Source: Patescibacteria group bacterium (GTDB taxonomy: Bacteria; Patescibacteriota; Patescibacteriia; Buchananbacterales; UBA6539). Taken from it: 64,000 nt of DNA. The stretch lies in NCBI GenBank assembly GCA_041662625.1, contig JBAZSB010000001.1:246467-310466 (forward strand), given 5' to 3'. Of the stretch, positions 37,876 through 47,568 are shown piece after piece; position 1 is the stretch's first letter, and each line of letters starts with the position of its first letter. The position numbers and the translations under genes are program-made. Below the pieces are notes generated by a model. The model had not been told where the DNA came from and did no database searches. It saw nothing but the letters and a program-made list of their open reading frames with translations.

Positions 37876-38501
37876 TAACGGAAGTCAAACCGGGAGCCGC
37901 GGCCTTTGAAAAAGACTAAGGCCAAAATCGGCAGAACAATCCAGCAAAACTTGCCTAAATCGCTTAAAAAAACTATTTGGGTAAAATGCGATAAATGCTC
38001 AACTGCAACACTGGGCAAAAATGAAAGGATGATACTAGCCAAAAGCCCGACTTGTAAAAGCGAAAAGATGATTACCTGCCACCAGCCGCCGGAAAGACTG
38101 CTGAAACCTTGAACCAAAACACTACGAGATAAAAAGACAAAGAGGAGGGCAAAGACAATCAGAAAAGCAGAAATTTGGAAAGAGAAAACCGAAATACTGT
38201 TTATCATTGTTGTCAGCTTATCCATATAAGGCAGATTGGTGGTAACAGCCAAAGCTAAATAGGTGCTGATTAAAATTGAGACGATCCGATTACGGCCTAA
38301 AGTGAAACTATAAATTAAAACGCTGACAATGAAAAAAAGTAGGATCACTATATCCCAGGTTGGCGTTGACCAGTCAATTCCTAAAAAACTAAACCAGATG
38401 TCTTTGCCGCCAGCGGCAGCTTGGTTTGCAACTGGCGTGACCTGCTCCTGAAGCGAATTGGCTAAGTCCATTAGGGTAGTGGTAGCGGTTTCTAGGGTCA
38501 T
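37875..38501 (-). CDS. Hypothetical multi-pass membrane protein
   Basis: About five hydrophobic segments; start uncertain (38501 or 38534). Confidence 0.75.
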   Translation of the reverse strand: MTLETATTTLMDLANSLQEQVTPVANQAAAGGKDIWFSFLGIDWSTPTWDIVILLFFIVSVLIYSFTLGRNRIVSILISTYLALAVTTNLPYMDKLTTMINSISVFSFQISAFLIVFALLFVFLSRSVLVQGFSSLSGGWWQVIIFSLLQVGLLASIILSFLPSVAVEHLSHFTQIVFLSDLGKFCWIVLPILALVFFKGRGSRFDFR

Positions 38502-38547
38502 ACATTTAGAATCAAGAATTAAGGGGCCGTTCAATTTTCTTTAACTC

Positions 38548-39663
38548 TTAATCATTTTGTTCTAACTCTTTTAAAAGCTCTTTCTGGCGGCGGGATAATC
38601 GGGAAGGCGTTTTGACAATTATTTCAACCAACTGGTCACCCCGGCCGCGGCCATGAAGAATGGGTACACCTCTGCCTTTGAGCTGAAAGATTTTGCCGCT
38701 TTGGGTGGCTTCGGGAATTTTCAACCGAACCGTGCCGTCAAGAGTCTCAATATCAATTTTAGCACCTAAAGCCGCCTGAGTAAAAGAAATTTCTTTTTTA
38801 GTTTTCAAGTCAAAACCAGCTCGCTTAAACCGCAAGTCGGGCAAAACTTTGATGCGCAAATAAAGATCACCGGCTTGCCCGCCTTTATTGCCCGCCTGGC
38901 CTTTGCCGGCTAAACGGACAGTCTGGCCGTTATCAATTCCGGCCGGAATTTTAACTTTAATATGTTCAGTTTCTTTGGTGACACCCTGACCGCGGCACTG
39001 GCTGCATTCCTTTTCCGCTTTTTTGCCCGTACCTTCACAAGTGGGGCAGACACTGGGAAAGCCAATGCCAAAACCCATATTTCTCACCACTTGGCCGGTT
39101 CCCCGGCAAGTTGAGCAAGTCATGACTTTTGCGCCTGGTTCAGCGCCTTCGCCTTTGCATTTTTGACAGACACTATTTTTATTTAGGCTGAGTTCTTTTT
39201 CCGTACCAAAAACCGCTTCCTGAAAATCCAAGGTCAGCTCGGCTTCAATATCGGCACCCTGAAATTTACTAGCCCGGCGTGACTTGCTGCGGCTTGAGCC
39301 CATACCAAACAAATCACCAAAGATATCGCCTAAGTCGCCAAATTCAAAAGAGAAATTATTGCCGCCCTGGCCGCCTTGCTGGCCAAAAGCTGAAGCAAAA
39401 TCGGAAAAATCACGAAAGCCACCGGCACCAGAAAAACCGCCTTGTGAGCGGGCTTGTTCAAAAGTTTGGCCGTACTGGTCATACTGGGCTTTCTTTTCAG
39501 CGTTACCTAAAACGCTATAAGCCTCATTGATTTCTTTCATCTTGGCTTCATCGCCGCCTTTGTGCGGATGATGCTGATGGGCCATTTTGTAATAGGCTTT
39601 TTTAACTTCTTCCGGGCTGGCACCCTTAGAAATGCCTAAAGTTTGATAGTAGTCTTTTGCCAT
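38548..39663 (-). CDS. dnaJ: Chaperone DnaJ
   Basis: J-domain (HPH in place of HPD), G/F region, four CxxCxGxG motifs. Confidence 0.95.
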   Translation of the reverse strand: MAKDYYQTLGISKGASPEEVKKAYYKMAHQHHPHKGGDEAKMKEINEAYSVLGNAEKKAQYDQYGQTFEQARSQGGFSGAGGFRDFSDFASAFGQQGGQGGNNFSFEFGDLGDIFGDLFGMGSSRSKSRRASKFQGADIEAELTLDFQEAVFGTEKELSLNKNSVCQKCKGEGAEPGAKVMTCSTCRGTGQVVRNMGFGIGFPSVCPTCEGTGKKAEKECSQCRGQGVTKETEHIKVKIPAGIDNGQTVRLAGKGQAGNKGGQAGDLYLRIKVLPDLRFKRAGFDLKTKKEISFTQAALGAKIDIETLDGTVRLKIPEATQSGKIFQLKGRGVPILHGRGRGDQLVEIIVKTPSRLSRRQKELLKELEQND

Positions 39664-39664
39664 A

Positions 39665-39748
39665 GGTTAGTAAGTAGGGCGGTAGGTTGGTAGGACGGTA
39701 GGATATTGAAATTATTCCTACCGATCTGCCGCTCTACCAACCTACTAA
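39665..39748. repeat. GGTAG/CTACC octamer-array palindrome, copy 2
   Basis: aagtaggg cggtaggt tggtagga cggtagga..tcctaccg..ctaccaacctac. Confidence 0.7.
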
Positions 39749-39749
39749 T

Positions 39750-40040
39750 CTATTCTGCTTTAAACCCAATCTCACTTTTTGGTGCTTCGGCTTCTTCAAC
39801 TTTGCCAAAAGTGGCTTCGTATTTTTTTAAATTTTCGTCCAAAGCCCGGATAATCCGCTTAAGATGACCGGGACTGGTGATGATTTTGCCGACAACGCGG
39901 CCAGAGGGTGCAACAATGTTTAGAAAAGTCAGCAAGAATTCTTCTTTAGTGTGGCCGACTGACATGGCATTAGCATATTCGCCGCCAGCAAAAGTGTCAC
40001 GGATTTGAATTTGATTTGGTGTTGGTTGTTGTTTGTCCAT
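39750..40040 (-). CDS. DUF3467 family protein
   Basis: GEYAN..HTKEEFLLTF..IITSPGHLKR; start set to ATG 40040. Confidence 0.85.
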   Translation of the reverse strand: MDKQQPTPNQIQIRDTFAGGEYANAMSVGHTKEEFLLTFLNIVAPSGRVVGKIITSPGHLKRIIRALDENLKKYEATFGKVEEAEAPKSEIGFKAE

Positions 40041-40049
40041 ATGATTATT

Positions 40050-40075
40050 GGATGCCGGATCAAGTCCGGCATGAC
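40050..40075. repeat. REP-like palindrome
   Basis: GGATGCCGGATCAAGTCCGGCATGAC; related to 57919-57944. Confidence 0.7.
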
Positions 40076-40148
40076 ACGACAAGGCGGAGCAGGACTGCCC
40101 CGCCTTTATTTTCTTAATTTTTTAATTTATTATTTTCTTACTCTTAAG

Positions 40149-42083
40149 TTATTTCTTAGAATCCTCAACTTCGCCTTCAACGACTTCGCCTTCTTCTGGC
40201 TTTCCGCTAGAGGCGGATTCACCTTCGGCGGATTTCTGTTCTCCGGCTTGCCCATTAGCCTGCTGACTAGCTTGCTGTTGCTGCTGTTGTTGATACATGG
40301 CCTGGCCAATTTTTTGGGCCACCTGGCTTAATTCCTGGCTGTGCCGCTTTATTGCTTCTAAATCTTCGCCATCTTTGACTTTCTTTAGTTCATCAACCTT
40401 AGCTTCAATTTCTTTTTTGTCAGCTTCCCCGACTTTGTCACCGGCATCGCGCAAAGCCTTTTCTGTAGAGTAAACCAAAGTATCAGCCATGTTTCTGGCT
40501 TCAATCAGTTCCTTTTTCTTCAAATCTTCCGCCGCATGAGTTTCGGCTTCGCGTTTCATCTTTTCCACTTCTTCTTTGGAAAGCCCAGATGAAGCAGTAA
40601 TAGTGATTTTTTGTTCCCGGCCAGTCCCCCGGTCTTTGGCACTGACATTCAAAATGCCATTGGCATCAATGTCAAAAGTGACTTCAATTTGAGGTAAACC
40701 TCGGGGTGACGGCGGAATACCATCCAAGATAAAGCGGCCTAAAGTTTTATTGTCATGAGCCATTGGCCGTTCGCCCTGGAGGACATGAATTTCAACCGAT
40801 GGCTGGTTATCCGCTGCTGTAGAGAAAACCTGTGACTTGGTGGTCGGGATCGTAGTGTTTCTTTCAATCAAAGGTGTGGCGACACTGCCCAAGGTTTCAA
40901 TACCTAAAGTTAACGGCGTCACGTCAAGCAATAATACATCTTTGACATCACCCTGCAGAACTCCAGCTTGCACTGCCGCACCCAAAGCGACCACTTCATC
41001 AGGATTAACTGAGATATTTGGTTTTTTACCGAAGAATTGCTCAACCGTTTTTAAAACCAAAGGCATGCGGGTCATACCGCCGACCATAACCACTTCTTCA
41101 ATATCTTTAGTTTGCACACCGGCATCAGCCAAGGCTTTTTTACAAGGCTCTAAAGTCTTTTGAACTAAATCTCCGACTAATTCTTCGAGTTTGGCCCGGG
41201 TCAGTTTCATAACCAGGTGCTTTGGTCCGGAAGCATCAGTTGTGATAAACGGCTGGTTAATTTCAGTTTCTTGAGCCGTCGAAAGTTCAATTTTGGCTTT
41301 TTCCGCTGCTTCCTTAATCCTTTGTAAGGCTAAAGGATCTTTGGACAGATCAATCCCCTGATCCTTTTTAAATTCTGCGATAACCCATTCAATCAGGCGC
41401 TGATCAAAATCATCACCGCCCAAATGAGTGTCACCATTGGTTGATTTGACTTCCACGGTATCTTGAGAAATATCTAAAACCGAGATATCAAAGGTACCGC
41501 CACCGAGGTCATAAACTGCAATTTTTTGGCCTTTCTTTTTCTCAAAGCCATAAGCCAAAGCTGCGGCGGTTGGTTCATTGATAATCTGCTTAACTTTCAA
41601 ACCGGCAATTTCTCCGGCATCTTTAGTCGCTCGGCGTTGTGAGTCATTGAAGTAAGCCGGCACGGTAATAATGGCTTCAGTGATTTTTTCACCGAGTCTG
41701 GCTTCGGCATCAGCTTTCAGTTTAGCTAAAATCATCGCCGAAATTTCTTGCGGCGTGTATTCTTTGCCCGACATCACGATTTTAATGCCATCGCCCGCTT
41801 TAACCATTTTAAACGGCATTAGCTTAACATCGCGCTGGACTTCGTCTTCTTCCCAGCGGCGGCCGATTAAGCGTTTGATGGAAAATAAAGTATTCTGCGG
41901 ATTGGTCACGGCTTGCCGCTTGGCCAGTTGGCCGACTAAGCGTTCACCAGTTTTATTAATGGCTACCACTGAAGGCGTGGTACGGGCACCTTCGGCGTTT
42001 TCCAACACCTTCGGCTCGCCGCCTTCAATAATTGCCATGCAGGAATTAGTGGTTCCTAGATCAATACCTAAAATTTTACTCAT
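40149..42083 (-). CDS. dnaK: Chaperone DnaK
   Basis: [24 protein letters not shown]. Confidence 0.98.
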   Translation of the reverse strand: MSKILGIDLGTTNSCMAIIEGGEPKVLENAEGARTTPSVVAINKTGERLVGQLAKRQAVTNPQNTLFSIKRLIGRRWEEDEVQRDVKLMPFKMVKAGDGIKIVMSGKEYTPQEISAMILAKLKADAEARLGEKITEAIITVPAYFNDSQRRATKDAGEIAGLKVKQIINEPTAAALAYGFEKKKGQKIAVYDLGGGTFDISVLDISQDTVEVKSTNGDTHLGGDDFDQRLIEWVIAEFKKDQGIDLSKDPLALQRIKEAAEKAKIELSTAQETEINQPFITTDASGPKHLVMKLTRAKLEELVGDLVQKTLEPCKKALADAGVQTKDIEEVVMVGGMTRMPLVLKTVEQFFGKKPNISVNPDEVVALGAAVQAGVLQGDVKDVLLLDVTPLTLGIETLGSVATPLIERNTTIPTTKSQVFSTAADNQPSVEIHVLQGERPMAHDNKTLGRFILDGIPPSPRGLPQIEVTFDIDANGILNVSAKDRGTGREQKITITASSGLSKEEVEKMKREAETHAAEDLKKKELIEARNMADTLVYSTEKALRDAGDKVGEADKKEIEAKVDELKKVKDGEDLEAIKRHSQELSQVAQKIGQAMYQQQQQQQASQQANGQAGEQKSAEGESASSGKPEEGEVVEGEVEDSKK

Positions 42084-42102
42084 AGTATTTTGTAATTAAT
42101 TA

Positions 42103-42516
42103 TTATTTTTTATTTACCGAAATCGGAATAGTCTTAGGTTTGACTTCTGGGGACTTGGGAATGCTGATTTTTAGCACGCCATCATTGTATTCGGCTTTGG
42201 CATCATTAGGCATAACGTGGGTTGGCAAAGCGACCGACCGGAAAAAACTGCCCGAGCGAATTTCTTTGCGGTAATAATTCTTTTCTTCCACTTCTGACTC
42301 TTTCTTGGCTTCACCTTTGATTGTTAAAACGTCATTTTCTACCGAAATCTCAACGTCTTTGGGGTCAATGCCAGCCAGCGGCGTTTCCACCACCACATCA
42401 TTTTTAGTTTCATAAACATCAATTGCCGGGGCAAAGCCCTGATTGCCGTGCTCGGTCATAAACTTTTCCATTTCCTCGAATGGTTCAAGAAATGGGGTCC
42501 ATTTTATAATAGCCAT
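42103..42516 (-). CDS. Hsp20/alpha-crystallin
   Basis: PAIDVYE..GSFFRSVALP..YNDGVLKISIPK. Confidence 0.95.
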   Translation of the reverse strand: MAIIKWTPFLEPFEEMEKFMTEHGNQGFAPAIDVYETKNDVVVETPLAGIDPKDVEISVENDVLTIKGEAKKESEVEEKNYYRKEIRSGSFFRSVALPTHVMPNDAKAEYNDGVLKISIPKSPEVKPKTIPISVNKK

Positions 42517-42573
42517 AAATTTATTTCCTTTTACAGCTTCTCGGAAAATCCGAGTTAGCTTGATTAATTTTTA

Positions 42574-42662
42574 TTAGGAATTAGGAAGTTAAGAATTTAG
42601 GAGTTAGCACATTGTCTAAGTCTAATTCCTAATTTCCTAAATTCCTAAAGCCTAACTTCCTA
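42574..42662. repeat. TAGGAA(T) short-unit array palindrome
   Basis: ttaggaattaggaagttaagaatttagg..ttcctaatttcctaaattcctaa. Confidence 0.7.
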
Positions 42663-43160
42663 CTTCGCCACTTTCACCTTGGCCGGATAAATCACTTTAC
42701 CATGCAAAGTATAGCCGGCTTTGACTTCTTCAAAGATAACATCTGTTTCAAAACCTTCTTTTTCTTCATGACTGGCTGCTTCATGAAACTGGGGGTCAAA
42801 CTTTTCACCAACTGTTTTGATTTCTTCAATGCCAAGCTGTTTCAAAAAGTCTTCAAACTGTTTTTTAATATGGAAAAACCCAATTACCCAATCGGCTTTT
42901 TTTTGTTCGGGCGGCACATGCTGCAAAGCCAGTTTAAAATGGTCGAAAACCGGCAAAAGCTGGGCCACCAAAGCGGCATTGGCAAATTGGATTAATTCTC
43001 CTTGTCTTTTTTCGGTATCTTTCTTTAAATTCAAATAATCCGCCTTAGCCCGTTTCCAGCCGTCTAAATGTTCCTCGGCTTTTCTTTGGGCTAGCTCAAG
43101 TTCTGATTTTAGTTCATCGATATCAAAGTCGTTGTCTTGTTGTTGAGTTTTGTTTTGCAT
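42660..43160 (-). CDS. grpE: Nucleotide exchange factor GrpE
   Basis: RAKADYLNLKK, FDPQFHEA, GYTLHGKVIYPAKVKV. Confidence 0.96.
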   Translation of the reverse strand: MQNKTQQQDNDFDIDELKSELELAQRKAEEHLDGWKRAKADYLNLKKDTEKRQGELIQFANAALVAQLLPVFDHFKLALQHVPPEQKKADWVIGFFHIKKQFEDFLKQLGIEEIKTVGEKFDPQFHEAASHEEKEGFETDVIFEEVKAGYTLHGKVIYPAKVKVAK

Positions 43161-43171
43161 AAATTAGTATT

Positions 43172-43240
43172 TAGTAAGTAGAACGGTAGATTGGTAGAAC
43201 GGTAGGTGCTTGCCTACCAATCTACTTTCCTACCGACCTA
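43172..43240. repeat. GGTAG/CTACC octamer-array palindrome, copy 3
   Basis: aagtagaa cggtagat tggtagaa cggtagg..cctaccaatctac..cctaccgaccta. Confidence 0.7.
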
Positions 43241-43942
43241 CCGATCTAGGCTGTTAATTATCTGCTGGCTATACTTAACTAAACTAAAATTAGTTTGGTA
43301 GTCCATTCTGGTTGGACCTAAAATCCCCAAAATACCCTGACTGTTTTTCACCTGATACTTAGCTAAAACCGAACTGCAATCCTGGCCAAAGGGATTTTTG
43401 CTGCCGATTACCACTTCGACTTCAGAGTCAATTTTATTAAAAATTTTATTAACTACTTTATCCAAATGGTCAATTACCCGGCTTAAATGATAAACCACTT
43501 GATGCTGGGTAAATTCTGGCTGCTCAAAAAGATTAGAAAGGCCGGTGTAATAAAAATCGTTATCGGCAAAAGCAATAAAAACGGCATTGTCCGAAAGCTC
43601 AGCCAGACTTTTAGCCAATTCTTTTAAAGTTCTGGGTTCAAAATTCTTGAGGCTTTTAAAAGTCTTGTCAATCAGCTCCTGCTGCTTTTTGGCTAGCTTC
43701 AAATCCTGCAAAAAATTATCGACAAAAAATTGATAGCCAAGTTCGGTCGGCACCCTCCCGGCAGAAGTATGCGGGTGAGAGATATAGCCCTGGTCTTCGA
43801 GCTCGGCCATTTCGTTTCTGATGGTGGCCGAACTCAAATCAAAATTCCCCGCTTCGGTAATGAATTTGGAGCTTACCGGCTGGGCGGTTTTAATATATTG
43901 GGAAGTAATAATTTTAAGCAAATTTTGCTGGCGTGGGTTCAT
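43238..43942 (-). CDS. hrcA: Heat-inducible repressor HrcA (short form)
   Basis: SSATIRNEM, PHTSAGRVPT, GPTRMDY; CIRCE upstream. Confidence 0.95.
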   Translation of the reverse strand: MNPRQQNLLKIITSQYIKTAQPVSSKFITEAGNFDLSSATIRNEMAELEDQGYISHPHTSAGRVPTELGYQFFVDNFLQDLKLAKKQQELIDKTFKSLKNFEPRTLKELAKSLAELSDNAVFIAFADNDFYYTGLSNLFEQPEFTQHQVVYHLSRVIDHLDKVVNKIFNKIDSEVEVVIGSKNPFGQDCSSVLAKYQVKNSQGILGILGPTRMDYQTNFSLVKYSQQIINSLDR

Positions 43943-43970
43943 TTTTGCTAAATTTAGCAATCTTAGCTTA

Positions 43971-43997
43971 TTAGCACTCTCTTACTTAGAGTGCTAA
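43971..43997. promoter_or_regulatory. CIRCE operator
   Basis: Exact TTAGCACTC-N9-GAGTGCTAA. Confidence 0.97.
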
Positions 43998-44001
43998 TTT
44001 T

Positions 44002-44030
44002 ATTCTAACTGGTTAGAAAATAGCTGTCAA
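44002..44030 (-). promoter_or_regulatory. sigma70 promoter of the hrcA operon
   Basis: TTGACA-17-TAGAAT immediately upstream of CIRCE. Confidence 0.85.
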
Positions 44031-44072
44031 GACTATTGGCATACCCTATATCAAAAGGTTTTAGTTAATTCA

Positions 44073-44101
44073 TTGACAGTCAAGTTACGATACGATAAAA
44101 T
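44073..44101 (+). promoter_or_regulatory. sigma70 promoter
   Basis: TTGACA-17-TAAAAT. Confidence 0.75.
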
Positions 44102-44160
44102 TAGAAGACATTTACCGCTCATTTGTCAGGAGGATACAGAATACACTGGAGGAGAATGGC

Positions 44161-44586
44161 ATGGCCCCTTATCGATTTAGTTTCCGTCACCCTTTTTCCC
44201 GAGACGGCCACCTTAAACCCCTGATATCAGGGTGCCGGCTGGTTTTCCGGGTGGAAGTCAGATGCCGCAAAGGCGAGAAACAATGCTATGGCGTATTGGT
44301 CCTGATCAACGAATTGCCGGCTGCGGCAGGAGGTAACGACAGGTTCTTCGATTGGCTCTACAGCCGCCTCGAAAGTCGTGCAGTCAAACTGCCGGCCAAT
44401 CTGCTAGTCTGGGATAAAGGGATCGTTCGCACCAAAAGGACTATCAGAATTTCGTTTTCTTTCAAGCCCGAGAAGAGTGGCGACTTTATGACGGCTGCCG
44501 AGGAAGCCAGGGTTTCCTTAGTTGGTATGCAACAGCATATCGCTGAAGCAATCGCGCCTTTCGAAAGAGAATGCAGCCAGCAATAA
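44161..44586 (+). CDS. Hypothetical protein (GC-richer cassette)
   Basis: Own promoter, GGAGGAG RBS and downstream terminator. Confidence 0.7.
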   Translation: MAPYRFSFRHPFSRDGHLKPLISGCRLVFRVEVRCRKGEKQCYGVLVLINELPAAAGGNDRFFDWLYSRLESRAVKLPANLLVWDKGIVRTKRTIRISFSFKPEKSGDFMTAAEEARVSLVGMQQHIAEAIAPFERECSQQ

Positions 44587-44610
44587 CTGGAGGGTAAACC
44601 GGAATCATCA

Positions 44611-44646
44611 GTCTGGGACAGTAAGTTTAGGTCCCAGACTTTTTTT
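44611..44646 (+). terminator. Intrinsic terminator
   Basis: GTCTGGGAC..GTCCCAGAC followed by TTTTTTT. Confidence 0.8.
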
Positions 44647-44737
44647 GTTGCTTATTTTTAGATTAAAAAAAGAGAGTGTACATGCCACTCTCCATAAGAT
44701 TCCTCCACGAGTAATTTACCCCCCACTATTGTTGCGG

Positions 44738-45805
44738 CTACACGCCGACTGGCTGTCCTGATTCAGCCGAGACATAGATAGCCTGGGCAAGAGCCACGGC
44801 TTTTCGGGCCTCTTTACCATCAACCACTGGCTGACGGCCCGACTGAATCGCCTCGGTGAAATCGCGCAGTTGAAGCAGATGGCCCTCACCCTTCAAAGCC
44901 GCAATCGGGTCTTTGGCTGCGGAACCGGTTCCCGATTCCCCGCCAATCTCAGCTTTGACTCTGTCATCTGCATCCTTGTGTTCGGCGTAATCGGCAAATT
45001 CCCAGAGTATGATTTTGCCGTCTTCGAGAACCACTGTACCCTTGGTGCCGTAGATTCCAAACCGCACCGCGCCACCCGGCCAAGTAGCGGTCGTGGACAT
45101 GACGGTACCCAATGCCCCGTTCTCGAATTCAAGAAGAGCACCGGCGAGATCTTCCATCTCTATCCCCTGATGGAATCTCTTTCTCGTCTGCCCAAAAACC
45201 CGGCTGATCGGTCCCAAAAACCACTGGGCCAAATCGAGTTGGTGGATACCTTGGTTGATGAGCGCTCCTCCACCATCGAACTTCAGCGTACCGCGCCAAG
45301 AGACTGATGTGTAGTAATCAGGTTCCCGCCACCAGGGAATGTGGACTAAGCAGGAAACAAACTGCCCAAAGCGGCCCTGGTCAATGGCCTGTTTTGTCAA
45401 CTGCGGCCCGCGCAGAAAACGACTCTGGAAGATACAGCCGAGTAAGACATCGGCCTGCTCCGCCGCAGCGATCAAATCGTCCGCCCGTGCGATATTAACC
45501 TCAATTGGTTTCTCGCACATGATGTGTTTACCTGCCTGAATACAGTCCAGGCCAATTTCCAGTCGCATGCCGCTTGGCACGCACAGGCAAACGGCATCTA
45601 TCTCCGGCCGCTCCAGCATTTCCCGAAAGTCAACATAACGGTCCACGCCATACTTCAAACCCAACCGTGAGGCCGCTGCATAAACTACGTCCGAAACAGC
45701 AACCAAATGGGCACCGGGAATACTGGCGATAGCATCGGCGTGCTTCGGCGCGATGTTGCCGCAGCCGATTATACCGTAACCGACTTTGTCTTTCTTACTA
45801 GCCAT
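44738..45805 (-). CDS. Gfo/Idh/MocA oxidoreductase
   Basis: GIIGCGNIA, HIMCEKP, GGGALINQGIHQLD. Confidence 0.93.
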   Translation of the reverse strand: MASKKDKVGYGIIGCGNIAPKHADAIASIPGAHLVAVSDVVYAAASRLGLKYGVDRYVDFREMLERPEIDAVCLCVPSGMRLEIGLDCIQAGKHIMCEKPIEVNIARADDLIAAAEQADVLLGCIFQSRFLRGPQLTKQAIDQGRFGQFVSCLVHIPWWREPDYYTSVSWRGTLKFDGGGALINQGIHQLDLAQWFLGPISRVFGQTRKRFHQGIEMEDLAGALLEFENGALGTVMSTTATWPGGAVRFGIYGTKGTVVLEDGKIILWEFADYAEHKDADDRVKAEIGGESGTGSAAKDPIAALKGEGHLLQLRDFTEAIQSGRQPVVDGKEARKAVALAQAIYVSAESGQPVGV

Positions 45806-45848
45806 ACGCTCTCCTTCTCCTGATCATCAGGTGGTTGACTGCGTTTCG

Positions 45849-46634
45849 TCAAAGTCCCAGCATTTGGTCCATCGTGTACCACCCAGCGGGTTTACCGGCA
45901 ATCCACTTAACCGTTGCCAACGCCCCTTCGGCAAAAACCTGGGGACTCTGAGCATGGTGCTCAAGGCACAGGGTTTCGCTTGGGCCGGCGAAGAGCACTG
46001 CGTGGTCACCGGCGATACTGCCAGCCCTGAGGGAATGAATGACGACCTGCTCGTCAAGTCTGGGGCTCTCGCTACGCCCAGCTTGACGACCGACGCTGAT
46101 CGCTAATTCAGGATTCCATTCCCGGGATTGACAGACGGTCTGAGCCAACATCCTGGCGGTGCCGCTGGGCGCATCCAGCTTTCGGCCATGGTGAGCCTCA
46201 ACAATCTCGATCTGAAAATACGGCGGCAGAGCCTTGGCCATTTTAGCCAACACTGCATTCATCACGTTGACGCCCAGGCTGAAGTTATTCGACACCAGCA
46301 CGGGCACGCTTCCGCTGAGCACTCTCAACGAAGCCAAGCGGGTTTCGCCCAAGCCTGTCGTGGCCACGACCACAGCGGTCTTGGTTTTGGCGGCGGACTC
46401 GGCTTGCACCACCACAGAATCCGGATCGTTGTTGAAGATCAACAGAACGTCAATGCCTGCAGTAGCTTGGGCGGGTAATGGTTCGCCTGGTTTGACTTGA
46501 ATCGTGCTGGTCGTGACCAAGCGGGTATCGATTCCAGAAACCGGACCGATACCAGGTTCTTTTATGGCTAATGCCTCAACCAACTGGCCCATTCTTCCCC
46601 CTACTCCTGAGATAATCAAACTTACTGGTTTCAT
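45849..46634 (-). CDS. dapB: 4-hydroxy-tetrahydrodipicolinate reductase
   Basis: GVGGRMG, ATTG, NFSLG, EAHHGRKLDAPSGTA, FAEGAL; RBS GGAGGAG. Confidence 0.93.
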   Translation of the reverse strand: MKPVSLIISGVGGRMGQLVEALAIKEPGIGPVSGIDTRLVTTSTIQVKPGEPLPAQATAGIDVLLIFNNDPDSVVVQAESAAKTKTAVVVATTGLGETRLASLRVLSGSVPVLVSNNFSLGVNVMNAVLAKMAKALPPYFQIEIVEAHHGRKLDAPSGTARMLAQTVCQSREWNPELAISVGRQAGRSESPRLDEQVVIHSLRAGSIAGDHAVLFAGPSETLCLEHHAQSPQVFAEGALATVKWIAGKPAGWYTMDQMLGL

Positions 46635-46744
46635 CGTTCGCTCCTCCAATTTAGGGACACAAGGTTAAACACGACACTCACTAAACTAGCTCTAAATTAC
46701 CCCATTTCTTCCCTTAATGTCAATTTTTATGGTAAAATAATAAT

Positions 46745-47182
46745 ATGACAACAATCAGCAATAGAAACAAAAATCAAAAAGATACGGCTGACCGCTGGGT
46801 TTTGAAGACTATCTTAAACCTTTGGACCATCCTGACGATGGCTCTTTTCGTTATTGATTTTATTTCTGGCAATAAATTTGATAGCTCTGCAAGCGTCATT
46901 GGTATCATTTACCTGGCAATTTTAGGGATTTATGTCAGTGAAAAAGAATATATCCGCTGGCGAAGCAAATTCATCTCTTATTTTCTCGGCGAAGGCTTTA
47001 TTATTGCCTGGACCGTGATCATGGTGATGTTTGTTATCGGTGCTCCCCTTTCCTTTGGCCGTTTTCGTCTGCCAGCCGAATTTGCCATGGTTTATACTAG
47101 CGTAGTTGGTGCTTATGCCATCAGCCAGCATTCAAAAAACCTTTACCAGCAAAAAACAACCAAGGGCTTGCCAAAAAAATAA
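46745..47182 (+). CDS. Hypothetical 4-TM membrane protein
   Basis: Four hydrophobic segments; extended -10 directly upstream. Confidence 0.75.
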   Translation: MTTISNRNKNQKDTADRWVLKTILNLWTILTMALFVIDFISGNKFDSSASVIGIIYLAILGIYVSEKEYIRWRSKFISYFLGEGFIIAWTVIMVMFVIGAPLSFGRFRLPAEFAMVYTSVVGAYAISQHSKNLYQQKTTKGLPKK

Positions 47183-47230
47183 GATAATGCTAATATATGC
47201 CAATAACAGATTAAATTACTACATTTACCT

Positions 47231-47518
47231 ATGAAAAAAGATATTCATCCCAAATATTATCCTGAGGCCAAGGTTATCTGCGCTTGCGGTAACCAGTTTA
47301 AGGTTGGTTCAACGATGCCGGAAATCCATGTGGAAATTTGCTCAATGTGTCACCCTTTTTATACGGGTAAACAAAAATTAGTGGATAGTGCCAGACGGGT
47401 AGAAAAATTCCAGGAAAGACTGGCTAAAAAGGCAGAAATTTCTGCCACCCGTAAAGGCAAAAAAGCCAAACGAGCAACTAAAACGAAGACGAAAAAAAGA
47501 GCCGAGAAAGAAAAATAA
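47231..47518 (+). CDS. rpmE: 50S ribosomal protein L31 (Zn-binding type)
   Basis: [23 protein letters not shown]. Confidence 0.97.
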   Translation: MKKDIHPKYYPEAKVICACGNQFKVGSTMPEIHVEICSMCHPFYTGKQKLVDSARRVEKFQERLAKKAEISATRKGKKAKRATKTKTKKRAEKEK

Positions 47519-47568
47519 CTAAGCTAAACTTAAAACTCCCTCAAGGGGTTTTTTGTTATAATCAAAAT

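Noticed and set aside
42604-42630. Second CIRCE upstream of hsp20 (TTAGCAC)
   Set aside because: Only a partial left arm; no GAGTGCTAA at the N9 spacing
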